A stretch of 64,000 bases of DNA from a virus, in the IMG/VR virus record IMGVR_UViG_3300027801_000011, positions 32,001 through 96,000 of that record; one strand, 5' to 3'. Positions 36,882 to 48,205 of this stretch are shown here, piece after piece (within the stretch, counting starts at the first letter, position 1; each line of letters opens with the position of its first letter). The translations under genes and the position numbers were made by a program. The notes beneath the pieces were generated by a model. That model was not told the origin of the DNA. It made no database searches and saw only the letters and a list, made by a program, of their open reading frames with translations.

Positions 36882-39800
36882 ATGCCAATTAAAACCGATT
36901 TAAATGTAACGCCGTATTACGACGATTACAACGAAGAGAATAATTTTCATCAAATTCTCTCTAGGCCTGGTTATGCTATCCAAGCAAGAGAGTTAACTCA
37001 GATGCAATCCATCTTGAGGAATTCTGTAGAACATATTAGTAATTTTGTTTTGCAAGAAGGTTCCGTGGTGGTTCCTGGCCAACTGAGAGTTATGAATGAT
37101 TTTAGTTTCATTAAATTGGCGGCAGATTTCGGAGGAGAAGCAGTAGACGTTACTCAGTATCTTGGTACAGAAATTCAAGGTGTTACTTCTGGTGTTAAGG
37201 CACATGTACAACATGTGATTGCTGGAACAACTACAGAACAGCCAACTCTCTATCTACGTTATACTTCAACTGGTTCTGATAATACATCCACAGTATTTAA
37301 TGACGGTGAAATACTTAAAGCTAATTTAAAGTCTATAGTTAACGGTTCTACAACTTATGCTATCGGTGCTAATTCTGCTCAAGCACATAGTACTAAGGCA
37401 ACAGGTCAAGGATTAGGCGCTGTTATACAATCTGGTATCTATTATCTAAGAGGTTGTTTTGTACATGTTGCAGAACAGACACTAATCATATCTAAGTATA
37501 CTACCTTTGGGCCTGGAACTTCTGTACGGGTTGGTTTTACTGTTAAAGAAACTATTGTTACTCCAGAGACAAATACTACTCTACTAGACAATGCTTCTGG
37601 AACTTCCAACTATGCAGCCAAAGGTGCTCATAGATTGCACATCGATGCGAAGTTATCTTTCCTACCAAAAGGATCAACTGATGATGGTAATTTTACTGAA
37701 CTTATGATCACGGATAATGGAATATCTGTTTCTCCTATCGACAGGGCTCAGTTAGGTTCCATAATAGATACCCTTGCTCGTAGGACTTATGACGAATCTG
37801 GTGATTACACGGTTCGTAATTTCCAATATGAAAATATGGAATCGGTTACTCTTAATGAAAACCTTGGTGTTTATAATAAGGGTGATGTTACATCCGGCGG
37901 CAAAATAGCATCAAATGCTTTGCTTGCTCTTAAAGTATCGCCTGGTAAAGCATATATCAGAGGTTTCGAGATTGAAAAATTAACGAATACTTTTGTAGAC
38001 ATCCCCAAAGCTAGAACGGTTAGTTCAATCAACGCTGGTGTTACAACATACGATATTGGTAACTTCCTAAACGTAACTAACGTATTTGGAACGCCTGACG
38101 TTTCATTTATTAGTGGTGAGACTACTCCCTATAAACAAATCTCTTTGTTTGATGACGTTACCCAAATTAGGGGTGTATCATCTGGTAATCGTATTGGTGT
38201 GGCACGTGCAAGGACAATAGAATATTCTACTGGTACAGTTGGCCAAACGACTTCTGTGTTCAAGTGTTATTTGTTTGATATTCGCCCATTCACCCAATTA
38301 ACATTGAGTGATACTCCTAGTCCTACCCTTGAAGCAAATCATGTTCTGGGTGGTGTACAGGTTAAGGGTGAAACCTCTAAAGCAACTGGTTGGGTATTTG
38401 CTGATGGTACTTCTGGAGAAAACGTGTATCTCACAAATGTTTCTGGTATATTTAAAGATGGAGAAAAGATTACAGCCTCTGATTCAGTGGAATCAGACGG
38501 CATTGTAGAAAACTCTGGTAATGTAGACATTACTATCTTACGGTCACGTATTAACACGATTAGTGAAGCCCGTCAACTACACATGACAGATGTCGATAGT
38601 GGACAGAACTTCTCAGCTGATATTGTTTTAAATGCTCTACCAACCACGGAGTCTTATTTGACTTTGGATGGTACAAATGAATTTGGATTGAATGGTAATG
38701 AGAATATTGTCGGAGAATTAGATAATGTTCCTATCGGCCTTAACCGTGGTGCTACTGGTGGTACAGGTTCTACTCTACCTCAGGCTAAATTGAAATTATC
38801 AGAAAAGAATATTGGAGTATTTAAATTACCGAAGACAGGTATTAAAACTCATCTAACAACTGCTAATGCTGGTGCAAGTGATACTACTTATTACTTACGT
38901 AGACAATATGTCACAACCTCATCCTCAGTTGGTGTCGTAACAATTAGTGCTGGAACGAATGAGGTGTTTACCTCTCACAGTGAAGTTGACTATACAGTTT
39001 CTATTCTTTCACAAGGTTCTGGTGGTCTAGGACAAGCTGGTGATATAGTTAGTGCGTCTACTGGTTTCTCTGGTGCTGGTACATCTACTGCCACTATCAC
39101 GAATAATGACATTTTTGGTAACGGTGCCAAGTTAAAGATCACCGCTACTCTGCTTAAGAGTTCTGCTAATGCTAAGACTAAGACTGTTAAACTAATGAAA
39201 CAGATGAAAGTGGTTGGCGGCGCTACTGGTGCATATGGAACCAGACCAAAAGATAAAACTATCTCTCTAGGAAGGGCAGATTGTTTTAAACTTGTTGCCG
39301 TTCTAGACTCAGAGAGTGAGACTACTGATGCGGTTGCTCCATCTATGACACTGGGTACAATTATTGGTAACTTCATTAAAGGTGAAGAGATTATTGGTGA
39401 TCAATCTGGCGCAGTAGGTAGAATTATAACAACATCTAGTCCTATGAAATTTGTTCGAAAACGTGGTACTACGGCAATCTTTACGTCTGGTGAAACAATT
39501 ACAGGTTTCTCTAGTGGTGCGAAATGCCCAGTTCTTGTTGTAACAACTGGTGACACTAATATCACAGAACGATATGAACTTGATATGGGCCAACGAGATA
39601 ACTACTATGACATATCTAGAGTTGTTAGGAAACCAAATGTGGGTATGCCTCTTGGTAGAATTCTAGTTATTTATGACTATCTAGAACATGGTACAGGTGA
39701 CTTCTTTACAGTTGATTCCTATATTGATGTTGCTGACCAAATGACATATGAAGATATTCCAAAATACTCTGCTACAAAAGTCGATCCAGATGATCCAGCT

Positions 39801-42800
39801 CCAACTGGTGAGTATGATCTACAGGACGTTTTAGATATGCGGCCGAGGGTTGAAAATATTGCTGGAAGTTCTACAAACGTAGAATTAGTAGATTCGATAA
39901 CAGGAAGCTCATTTGATTTTGCCAACAGGCAGTTTGATGGTACGGGTGCTTCTACTGTTAACTTTATGAAACCTGGCGGTTTGATTATAACTGATTTTGA
40001 ATACTTCTTGCCTTATCGGGGTAGATTGTATCTAGAAAAATCTGGAAATATTAAATTTAAGGCTGGTACTGCTGATGAAAATCCAAGGATGCCTGATCCT
40101 GTAGCAGACACTATGCAACTTGCCACCATGCTTGTTCCTGCTTATACATTTAAACCTACAGATGTTAATGTTGTGAAAGAGAAGAATCGTAGATACACAA
40201 TGAGGGACATTGGTAAGTTAGACGAACGTCTTTCTCATGTAGAATACTATACTGCTCTAAGTCTACTGGAACGAGATGCTGAAAGTTTTCAGATACAGGA
40301 CGCTAACGGACTTGATAGATTTAAGTCTGGTTTCGTAGTCGATAGTTTCTCTGGTCATAAGATTGGTGATGCTAAACACAAAGATTATAAATGTTCTATT
40401 GATATGACTCTAAATGAACTGAGGCCTTTATGTTCTCCTAAGGCGATTAAGTTACAAGAGTCTATATCTACAGATGCTTTACGGACTTCTGCAAACTATT
40501 CTAAGAAGGGTGATCTTATTACTCTACCATATACAGAGGTTCTTTATCAAGAACAACCATATGCTTCTAGGGTGGAACGTGTTACACCATTGCTCATGTC
40601 TACTTGGACAGGTCAGATTGATCTTGATCCAGCTGGAGATGAGTGGTTTGAAACTGAAACTGCTCCAGATTTAATTATTAATGTCGAAGGTAATTTTGAT
40701 ACTTTCTCTGCTGCTAACGCTCGATCTGTTGGCACAGTGTGGGGTGCTTGGTCAACTGTTTGGGGTGGTTCATCTTCTTCATCAACTTCAACCTTTACTG
40801 GAAACGCCACGGTTACTCGTACAACTACAACTTCACGTGGAACAAGTAACCGTTCTGGTGTTCAGACGGACATTATACCACAGATTGACCTTGAGAGTCA
40901 AGGAACAAGAGTTATTCAACGTGCATTTATTCCTTTCATGAGGGCAGTTAATATAACCTTTACAGGGTTTGGGTTCTTCCCGAATATTAGATTGTATTGT
41001 TTCTTTGATCAGAAAAATGTCAACTTGTATTGTACTCCTCTATCTGGATTCACTACAGACGCTGCTGATGTTAGTGGTGTGCCTGTTGCGGCTACACCGT
41101 TAATTACAACTGCTTCTGGTGAGATTAAAGGTATACTCTCAATCCCCGATCCTAAAGTAACTGGTAATCCAAAATTTAGAACTGGTGAGATTGAATTTAG
41201 ATTGACTTCTAGTTCTACTGATGTTAGAACCAAAGACCCAGAAACTGCTGGTACTACTACATTCCAAGCAGTGGGTATCTTAGAAACGGAACAAGAAACT
41301 ATTATTGCTACTCGTAATGCAAGAATGGTTAGTTCTTCCGTTAGTCAGTCCACTAGTGTAACTTCTAGATCAACGCAGCAAAGTATAGTGCAGATGGCGA
41401 CGGGGGATGATGGCGGTGGTTGTGGTGGTAATGATCCACTTGCTCAGACGTTTATTGTTAGTCCAAACCCGAAGGTCAACGAAACTTTTGACAACATGAA
41501 CAACACTCGTTCATCTGGACGTTTCTTAACATCTATTGATGTATTTTTCTCTCATAAAGATGCTAACTTACCAGTGTGGATGGAAATCCATAATACAGAA
41601 AATGGTTTCCCAGGCAGTAAGATTTTGCCTTTTGCAAGAGTGGTTAAAAACCCAGCTGATATTAATATTTCTTCAGATGCCACAGTGGCGACTAGGTTTA
41701 CTTTCCCTGCTCCTGTTTATGTCATGAGTGACAAAGAATATGCGATATGTCTCATGGCAACAACTCCAGAGTATAAAGTATTTATTTCTAGAATGGGTGA
41801 GACTGATATTCTTGGTTCTCGTATGATTTCTAAACAACCTCACACGGGTACTTTATTTAAAGGACACAATAATAGAACTTGGGCTCCTTCTATGACGGAA
41901 GACCTCAAGTTTAGAATGAATGTTGCCAAATTTGATACTGGAACTATTGGTAATGTTACTCTACAGAATGCTGAGGTTCCTAAGAAAAACCTAGTGGTAA
42001 ACCCATTTGTCTTTACTAATGGTAATACTGCTGTTCACATTGAACACATGAACCACGGTATGTATCTGAATACTAATAATGTTGTCATCTCTGGAATGGA
42101 ATCTGGTGCTGAGACAACTCTTGCTTCTGCAATGGATGCTGCTGCAACAAGTTTAACATTAACTACCAGTACAGACTTTGATGATAGCTCTGGTAAATTT
42201 GCATATGACTCTAGTAGTCAGTGGTGGCTTAAAATTGGTGATGAGATTATGAAATATAGTACCATTTCTGGTACTGCTGTTTCTAGTATAACAAGGGCTC
42301 AAAGTAGTACCGCTGCTGTCTCTCATGCGGCTGGTAGTAAAGTTGAACTCTATATCTTGCATAAAGTTCCACTGCACGAAATAAATAAAACTCATGAGTC
42401 ACTTGATAATATTGGTATGGACTCATACACAGTATTGTTGACCACAGCACCTACAATTGTTGGTGGTGCATTAACTGCTACTAATGGTGGTCAAAATGTC
42501 TTTGCCACAGAGAATATAACTATGGATACAATCAATCCAATTATCTCTTCTATGGAATTGCCTGAAACAAATATGGCTGCAAATATTTTGCCGATGTCTG
42601 CTACTTCTCCAAGTGGCGATCAATCATCCTTTGTACCTACCTCAGCTGCAAATAAAATACCTATTGACTTCAATATCGATACAGATTTTGAGGAACCGTT
42701 TATGGTTGCTTCTGCGATTAATGAACAGAAAGAGAACGCTGCAAACAAATCTCTTAATATTGAAATTGCTCTAACTAGTGCTAACGAAGATGTTTCTCCC

Positions 42801-43304
42801 GTCATTGATATGGGAAGGGCATCATTAATGTGTGCCGCTAATAGACTTAATGTTATTGATTCTGCAACGGATGTTTATCCTCAATCAGATTGGAATTCCT
42901 CTCTTGATCCTATTGGTGATGATAATGCCGCAATTTATTTAACCAAGAAAATATCCCTAGAGAATCCTGCCACCGCTATAAAAGTATTCTTTGCTGGCCA
43001 TAGACATTCTAGTGCCGATATAGAAGTTTACTATAAGATTTTGAGATCAGATGATGCGTCTGAATTTGATGATTTGAGTTACGTTGCATTTAATGGAACT
43101 GGTGGCCCAGATCAACACACTAATGCATCTACGACAAAACAAAGTTTCACGGAATACTTGTACAGTGCTGGTGTGAATGACGATGGTGATGGAACTCCTT
43201 TGGATGAGTTTATATCTTTTCAGATTAAGATCGTCATGAAAGGAACTAATACAGCAGAACCGCCTAGGATTAAAGAACTTAGAGCAATAGCATTGGCGAT
43301 GTGA
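36882..43304 (+). CDS. VrlC/DUF4815-like large virion structural protein
   Basis: LNVTPYYDDY, PGYAIQARELTQ.QS, ARRTYDESGDY, RYTMRDIG.L..R, DRFKSGF.VD.F, DPLAQTF. Confidence 0.88.
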   Translation: MPIKTDLNVTPYYDDYNEENNFHQILSRPGYAIQARELTQMQSILRNSVEHISNFVLQEGSVVVPGQLRVMNDFSFIKLAADFGGEAVDVTQYLGTEIQGVTSGVKAHVQHVIAGTTTEQPTLYLRYTSTGSDNTSTVFNDGEILKANLKSIVNGSTTYAIGANSAQAHSTKATGQGLGAVIQSGIYYLRGCFVHVAEQTLIISKYTTFGPGTSVRVGFTVKETIVTPETNTTLLDNASGTSNYAAKGAHRLHIDAKLSFLPKGSTDDGNFTELMITDNGISVSPIDRAQLGSIIDTLARRTYDESGDYTVRNFQYENMESVTLNENLGVYNKGDVTSGGKIASNALLALKVSPGKAYIRGFEIEKLTNTFVDIPKARTVSSINAGVTTYDIGNFLNVTNVFGTPDVSFISGETTPYKQISLFDDVTQIRGVSSGNRIGVARARTIEYSTGTVGQTTSVFKCYLFDIRPFTQLTLSDTPSPTLEANHVLGGVQVKGETSKATGWVFADGTSGENVYLTNVSGIFKDGEKITASDSVESDGIVENSGNVDITILRSRINTISEARQLHMTDVDSGQNFSADIVLNALPTTESYLTLDGTNEFGLNGNENIVGELDNVPIGLNRGATGGTGSTLPQAKLKLSEKNIGVFKLPKTGIKTHLTTANAGASDTTYYLRRQYVTTSSSVGVVTISAGTNEVFTSHSEVDYTVSILSQGSGGLGQAGDIVSASTGFSGAGTSTATITNNDIFGNGAKLKITATLLKSSANAKTKTVKLMKQMKVVGGATGAYGTRPKDKTISLGRADCFKLVAVLDSESETTDAVAPSMTLGTIIGNFIKGEEIIGDQSGAVGRIITTSSPMKFVRKRGTTAIFTSGETITGFSSGAKCPVLVVTTGDTNITERYELDMGQRDNYYDISRVVRKPNVGMPLGRILVIYDYLEHGTGDFFTVDSYIDVADQMTYEDIPKYSATKVDPDDPAPTGEYDLQDVLDMRPRVENIAGSSTNVELVDSITGSSFDFANRQFDGTGASTVNFMKPGGLIITDFEYFLPYRGRLYLEKSGNIKFKAGTADENPRMPDPVADTMQLATMLVPAYTFKPTDVNVVKEKNRRYTMRDIGKLDERLSHVEYYTALSLLERDAESFQIQDANGLDRFKSGFVVDSFSGHKIGDAKHKDYKCSIDMTLNELRPLCSPKAIKLQESISTDALRTSANYSKKGDLITLPYTEVLYQEQPYASRVERVTPLLMSTWTGQIDLDPAGDEWFETETAPDLIINVEGNFDTFSAANARSVGTVWGAWSTVWGGSSSSSTSTFTGNATVTRTTTTSRGTSNRSGVQTDIIPQIDLESQGTRVIQRAFIPFMRAVNITFTGFGFFPNIRLYCFFDQKNVNLYCTPLSGFTTDAADVSGVPVAATPLITTASGEIKGILSIPDPKVTGNPKFRTGEIEFRLTSSSTDVRTKDPETAGTTTFQAVGILETEQETIIATRNARMVSSSVSQSTSVTSRSTQQSIVQMATGDDGGGCGGNDPLAQTFIVSPNPKVNETFDNMNNTRSSGRFLTSIDVFFSHKDANLPVWMEIHNTENGFPGSKILPFARVVKNPADINISSDATVATRFTFPAPVYVMSDKEYAICLMATTPEYKVFISRMGETDILGSRMISKQPHTGTLFKGHNNRTWAPSMTEDLKFRMNVAKFDTGTIGNVTLQNAEVPKKNLVVNPFVFTNGNTAVHIEHMNHGMYLNTNNVVISGMESGAETTLASAMDAAATSLTLTTSTDFDDSSGKFAYDSSSQWWLKIGDEIMKYSTISGTAVSSITRAQSSTAAVSHAAGSKVELYILHKVPLHEINKTHESLDNIGMDSYTVLLTTAPTIVGGALTATNGGQNVFATENITMDTINPIISSMELPETNMAANILPMSATSPSGDQSSFVPTSAANKIPIDFNIDTDFEEPFMVASAINEQKENAANKSLNIEIALTSANEDVSPVIDMGRASLMCAANRLNVIDSATDVYPQSDWNSSLDPIGDDNAAIYLTKKISLENPATAIKVFFAGHRHSSADIEVYYKILRSDDASEFDDLSYVAFNGTGGPDQHTNASTTKQSFTEYLYSAGVNDDGDGTPLDEFISFQIKIVMKGTNTAEPPRIKELRAIALAM

Positions 43305-43305
43305 T

Positions 43306-43542
43306 ATGAGCGAATCAAAATTAATATCTGTTGAAGGAAAACCTGCTCTTGTAAGAGAGGAAGCTTCTGGTGCAATTATAAATAGGGATAGAGATGCTTA
43401 TGATCAGGCAGTTAAGAGGGCTCGTTCAGCATCCGATCAAAGAGATGCTATAAGAGACACAACAAGAGAGATAAATACATTAAAGTGCGAAATGCATGAA
43501 ATTAAAAGTCTATTACAATCTCTAGTGGAAGGTAAAAATTAA
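43306..43542 (+). CDS. conserved small T4-like protein
   Basis: VEG...LVRE..SGAIIN..EIN.LK..M.EIK.LL. Confidence 0.8.
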   Translation: MSESKLISVEGKPALVREEASGAIINRDRDAYDQAVKRARSASDQRDAIRDTTREINTLKCEMHEIKSLLQSLVEGKN

Positions 43543-46500
43543 ATGGCTATTACAGCATCACAGTTAACGACATCTCAAACTCTAGAAGAGTTTAGATTAG
43601 AATATAACAAGCTTCAAGACGATGTGACTATCCTAAAAGATAATCCCACTTTTGGATCAAATCTCGTTTTCGAAGGTGCTATAGCTGATGCCCATGAAAC
43701 GACACTCTCTGTTGTAAACCCCACAGCGGATCGAACTGTACTTGTTCCAGATTCTAGTGGTACTATATTTCTATCAGACACAACCCCCCTAAGAATTGCT
43801 GATGGTGGTACTATTGGTTCTGTATCAGACGCTGACTCTATGACAATTGCTAGTACGGGTGTAATTACCTTTAGTCAGAAAAATAACTTCACACTAGGTA
43901 TGACTGTTAATGACGGTCAAACAATCGGTTCTGTTAGTACTGCCGCTGCAATGACAATTGCTTCTACAGGTATTGTAACATTTATTGATGATATCCTTAT
44001 CAAAGATGATGGAACTATTGGTTCTGCTTCGGCAACCACTGCCATGACAATTGGTTCTGGTGGTATAGTAACATTCGTAGATGACATCATAATCAAAGAC
44101 GTTGGAACAATTGGTTCTGCCACAACACCTGGCGCTATGACAATAGCTGCAAATGGAACCGTTACTTTTGCTGTAGGGCCCGTATATCCCGATGGTTCAA
44201 TAGTCCTTCTGGATATAGACATTGATGGTGGAACAGACATTGGTGCTGATCTTGTTGATGCCGATCTAATTATTGTCGATGATGGCGCTAATGGTACAAA
44301 CAGAAAAAGTGCTGTATCACGAATTAAAACCTATATTGCTGACGTTACACTAACAACGCCTGCTCAACCAAATATTACTTCACTAGGAACACTTACTACA
44401 CTTACTGTTGATAACGTAATTATCAATGGAGCGACAGTTGGACATACAGGTGATACTGATTTAATGACATTAGCAGATCAGTTGGTAACTGTTGCTGGCG
44501 CTTTAACTGCTACAGGAGTTGTGACTGCTGGTGGATTTACAATTGGTTCTGCTGTAATAAATGAAGCAGACCTAGAAGCGATTGATGGTATAACTGCCGG
44601 AACGGCTGCTGCTTCAAAAGCACTAGTACTAGATGCTAATGGTGATATCGTAATCGCAGACGGCGACAAGTTCAACTTCGGCGGTGGTAGTGATATGATA
44701 ATATACCATGACGCTGCAAATTCTTATATCACTAACAAAACGGGTATAATGAAACTTGCAACGGAAACTTCTGGTATTGCGGTGACGATTGGTCACACTA
44801 CATCTGAAGTAACAATCGGAGATAACCTAACTGTTGCTGGTAACTTAACAGTTCAAGGAACTCAGACTGTTGTTGATACCGTAACCATGAACGCAGCTAA
44901 TGCTATTATATTTGAGGGTGCTACGCCAGATGAATGGGAAACCACCCTAACAATAACAGACCCTACTGCTGATAGAACAATTACTCTACCAAATGAAACT
45001 GGTACTGTACATACTTCTGGTGGAAGTATTACAATCCCAGATGCTGGAACCATAGGTTCGGCCTCATCAACTAGTGCTATTACAATTGCTAGTAACGGTG
45101 TTGTTTCTTTTAGTAGTCACATCAAAATAGCTGATGCTGGTACAATCGGTTCTGCTAGTGCAACGGATGCGATGACAATTGCATCAACTGGTATCGTAAC
45201 ATTTAAAGACGATATTCTACTCAAAGATGCTGGCACAATCGGTGTCGCAAGTTCTACTTCTGCCATAACAATTGCTTCTACTGGTATTGTTTCTTTTGTA
45301 GACGATATCGCAATTAAAGACGGTGGAACAATAGGAACTGCTACTGATGCTGACTCAATTACGATTGCATCTGATGGTGTAGTTACACTCAGTCAAAGAA
45401 GTGTTCACAATGCTGGTATAACAATTAATAATGCTGGAGAAATTGGTTCTGTAGGTGATCCAGATGCAATGTCCATTACCAATGTTGGTGTAGTAACTTT
45501 CAGTCAAAGAGATATTCATAGTGCTGGTATAACACTTGCCGATGATGGTCAGATAGGTTCTGCCTCTGATGCAGATTCAATAGCAATCGCTTCAACAGGC
45601 CTTGTATCATTTAGTCAAGGTGTGTCCCTTATTGGTGACGAAATGGAATTACGTTGGTATGAAGGTTCGAACTATGTTGGATTTGCTGCACACAGTACAC
45701 TCGCTGGAAATCAGATTTGGAAATTGCCTGTTGCAGATGCTTCTTCTAGCGGTGACGCTTTGGTTTCTGATGGTGCTGGTAATCTTTCATTCTCTGGTAC
45801 AGTAGGAAGTAATGCCGCAAGCTTTACTCTGATTGCAACTAATACTACAGACGCAACTCATTTCCCAGTATTTGTTGATACTGCTACGGGTAATGAAAAT
45901 CCAAGAACAGACACAGGGTATACTTACAATCCTAATAGTGGAACATTAACATCCACAATATTTGCTGGTAACGTAACGGGTAACTTGACAGGTACAGTTA
46001 ATACCGCAGCTCAAGGAAGTATAACTTCATTGGGTACTCTAACAAGTCTCGTAATTGCAGATGCTGGAACCATAGGTTCAGCCTCTGATACAGATGCAAT
46101 GACGATCAGTTCTGCTGGTGTTGTTACATTCTCTTCTGATATTGTAGTTACAGGAACCACAACCCTTAACGGTAACTTGGTTCTGGGCGATGCGGCTGCC
46201 GATACATTAACAATCGGGGCAACAATTGCTGGTGCAACACCTCTAGTATTTGAGGGTGGTACTCCTAATGATCACGAAACATCTTTTGCCTTTACTAATC
46301 CTACTGCTGATCGTACTATCACTTTTCCAGATCAAACTGGTACTGTACATACTTCTGGTGGTAGTATCCAAATTCCAGACGGTGGAACAATAGGAACTGC
46401 TACTGATGCTGACTCTATGACAATTGCATCTGCTGGTGTAGTTACCTTTAGTCAGATACCAATTCTGCCAGCTTCTTCAATTCCCGTTGGCGCCTTGGTA

Positions 46501-46632
46501 GATGATTCAATAACAGAAGCAAAAATGGCCGATGATGCGATTAGTTCTGTACAGTTAAAAACTCTATCAACTCTGTTAATTAAAAATTCTAGTGGTACAA
46601 CACTGAAAACAATGCATACGGCGGGGGCATAA
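43543..46632 (+). CDS. Ser/Thr/Gly-rich tail fibre or whisker-like protein
   Basis: TLEEFR.EYN N-terminus; 12 DxGTIGS..A(M/I)TIAS.G.V.F repeats; 3 FEG..ET..PTADRT repeats. Confidence 0.75.
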   Translation: MAITASQLTTSQTLEEFRLEYNKLQDDVTILKDNPTFGSNLVFEGAIADAHETTLSVVNPTADRTVLVPDSSGTIFLSDTTPLRIADGGTIGSVSDADSMTIASTGVITFSQKNNFTLGMTVNDGQTIGSVSTAAAMTIASTGIVTFIDDILIKDDGTIGSASATTAMTIGSGGIVTFVDDIIIKDVGTIGSATTPGAMTIAANGTVTFAVGPVYPDGSIVLLDIDIDGGTDIGADLVDADLIIVDDGANGTNRKSAVSRIKTYIADVTLTTPAQPNITSLGTLTTLTVDNVIINGATVGHTGDTDLMTLADQLVTVAGALTATGVVTAGGFTIGSAVINEADLEAIDGITAGTAAASKALVLDANGDIVIADGDKFNFGGGSDMIIYHDAANSYITNKTGIMKLATETSGIAVTIGHTTSEVTIGDNLTVAGNLTVQGTQTVVDTVTMNAANAIIFEGATPDEWETTLTITDPTADRTITLPNETGTVHTSGGSITIPDAGTIGSASSTSAITIASNGVVSFSSHIKIADAGTIGSASATDAMTIASTGIVTFKDDILLKDAGTIGVASSTSAITIASTGIVSFVDDIAIKDGGTIGTATDADSITIASDGVVTLSQRSVHNAGITINNAGEIGSVGDPDAMSITNVGVVTFSQRDIHSAGITLADDGQIGSASDADSIAIASTGLVSFSQGVSLIGDEMELRWYEGSNYVGFAAHSTLAGNQIWKLPVADASSSGDALVSDGAGNLSFSGTVGSNAASFTLIATNTTDATHFPVFVDTATGNENPRTDTGYTYNPNSGTLTSTIFAGNVTGNLTGTVNTAAQGSITSLGTLTSLVIADAGTIGSASDTDAMTISSAGVVTFSSDIVVTGTTTLNGNLVLGDAAADTLTIGATIAGATPLVFEGGTPNDHETSFAFTNPTADRTITFPDQTGTVHTSGGSIQIPDGGTIGTATDADSMTIASAGVVTFSQIPILPASSIPVGALVDDSITEAKMADDAISSVQLKTLSTLLIKNSSGTTLKTMHTAGA
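45319..46415 (+). repeat. 38-bp identical direct repeat inside fibre gene
   Basis: GACGGTGGAACAATAGGAACTGCTACTGATGCTGACTC at 45319 and 46378. Confidence 0.85.
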
Positions 46633-46655
46633 ATAATGTATAAGGAGATTATCCA

Positions 46656-47609
46656 TTGACTGTTCGAACGCCATTAAAACTTGACGGAAGTAACGATCTT
46701 CAAGAAATGACTGCTGGTGAAATTCTTTTGGTACAACAAAAGATGATCTATACCTATGCTGGCAATCCTACTGCACAATTGACATATGTAAGTGCTAGTG
46801 GTGCTTTGATCGCTGCTATTAGTGATACAAGATTGCAAGCTGGTGCAAGGTCACAGTCTTCAACTGCTTTTGTTGCAGAAGGATCAACTGCTGAACCTTC
46901 TACTGTTACAGTGTCCCACGATAAAGTAAACTTGGGGTATGTTGTTACAGGAAGTATTGCCAACCCTGCCGATGATGGAACAACTTTCCCTGTGTATTAT
47001 GATTCCTCTACTTCTTCTATTCAAGCAATGACTTTAGCAGATACCTTAGATACCTTTGTGTATCCTGCTGTTGATCTAATGGTTGTTAGTTCTGAAAGTG
47101 GAAACACAGGTGGAACTTATACAATAACAACTTCTGCTACTGCTGCTTCTGGTTACACACAAGTAAGTGCCAATCCTATTTTTACCGACACAAGAGCAAA
47201 TACGGGCGCATATTCTGCTGCTGGTATTCCAGAAACATTAGATCAACCAACTACGATTACAAGTTATTACTTACACAGACGGAATGGTACAGATGTTACG
47301 GTCAATGCACCACCCTTAGTTATTAACGCTCAGAATGATCTTCAACAGATGAGTGATGCAACAATCGCTTCAGAACTTGCTAATTGGTTGAGATATACAG
47401 CGGCCCACAATGCTGCTGGTTACAAGATTAATTACCTCATGGCCTCAAGTGGAGGCGCTACAAGAGGAACTGCTATTGTTGATACTAGACTAAATGGTGC
47501 TGGTGCTTATGGAACATTACAAGTTGGTGATGATTACCGTTCACAAGAATTTCCAAATGGATCAGCTGCAACCATAGCTACGTATAACCTACGTATAGTT
47601 AAAGCATAA
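46656..47609 (+). CDS. virion structural protein with three LQxM repeats
   Basis: TTG start with AAGGAG SD; NDLQEMT, SIQAMT, NDLQQMS; DTR motifs. Confidence 0.7.
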   Translation: MTVRTPLKLDGSNDLQEMTAGEILLVQQKMIYTYAGNPTAQLTYVSASGALIAAISDTRLQAGARSQSSTAFVAEGSTAEPSTVTVSHDKVNLGYVVTGSIANPADDGTTFPVYYDSSTSSIQAMTLADTLDTFVYPAVDLMVVSSESGNTGGTYTITTSATAASGYTQVSANPIFTDTRANTGAYSAAGIPETLDQPTTITSYYLHRRNGTDVTVNAPPLVINAQNDLQQMSDATIASELANWLRYTAAHNAAGYKINYLMASSGGATRGTAIVDTRLNGAGAYGTLQVGDDYRSQEFPNGSAATIATYNLRIVKA

Positions 47610-47629
47610 ATAAAGGATAGGAGATAATA

Positions 47630-48205
47630 ATGGCTGATAACGACTATAAACCGATTGCCGGTGAACCTTTCCCTTTTTGTGGTAGGATCGTAGAGGCATA
47701 CTATACGAATCCAGAATTGGATACGGTAGCTGTTCTGTGGCATGATACAGGCGATTCAGCTGAAACACAAACATTGCGAGAGTATTACATTGCAGTTGAT
47801 GAGGAAAATGAACAATTTCAGTATCTACTGAAGGAATTTAGTTATGACTCTATTGATGAGTGTACACGTGATCGCAATGAAGCAACCAGAACAGAATTTA
47901 GAGATGCTTTTCATAGGTATGCTACAGAGAATAATTTATATGGTCATGGGGATGATGGAACCAATCGGGCGCCTGAACCAGAAGCAATGGTAGCGCCGGC
48001 AGAAGAAACTATGCCATCTGTAGATATTATGTTTGAGTATGATGAAGAAGATGAAGTCCAAAAAGAATCTTTGTTTAAAATGAAACTAAAAATGTTCGAA
48101 CAGGACGTAATCCAAAAAAGCAAAGCAAAGGTTAAAAAAGCTGCAATCCGTAAAGCAAAAACTCCATTGGAGGCTCTAGTAGCATATTCCGCTTTTATCA
48201 AATAG
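47630..48205 (+). CDS. hypothetical protein
   Basis: GGAG SD, CATAAATA upstream; C-terminal LFKMKL..FE..K..IRKAKTPLE. Confidence 0.75.
   Translation: MADNDYKPIAGEPFPFCGRIVEAYYTNPELDTVAVLWHDTGDSAETQTLREYYIAVDEENEQFQYLLKEFSYDSIDECTRDRNEATRTEFRDAFHRYATENNLYGHGDDGTNRAPEPEAMVAPAEETMPSVDIMFEYDEEDEVQKESLFKMKLKMFEQDVIQKSKAKVKKAAIRKAKTPLEALVAYSAFIK

Noticed and set aside
45319-46460. Diversity-generating retroelement TR/VR pair in the fibre gene
   Set aside because: Both copies are in-frame coding repeats, mismatches are not adenine-specific, and no reverse transcriptase is present
27241-47774. Numerous short antisense and alternate-frame ORFs within structural genes
   Set aside because: Shadow ORFs without SD, motifs or codon bias
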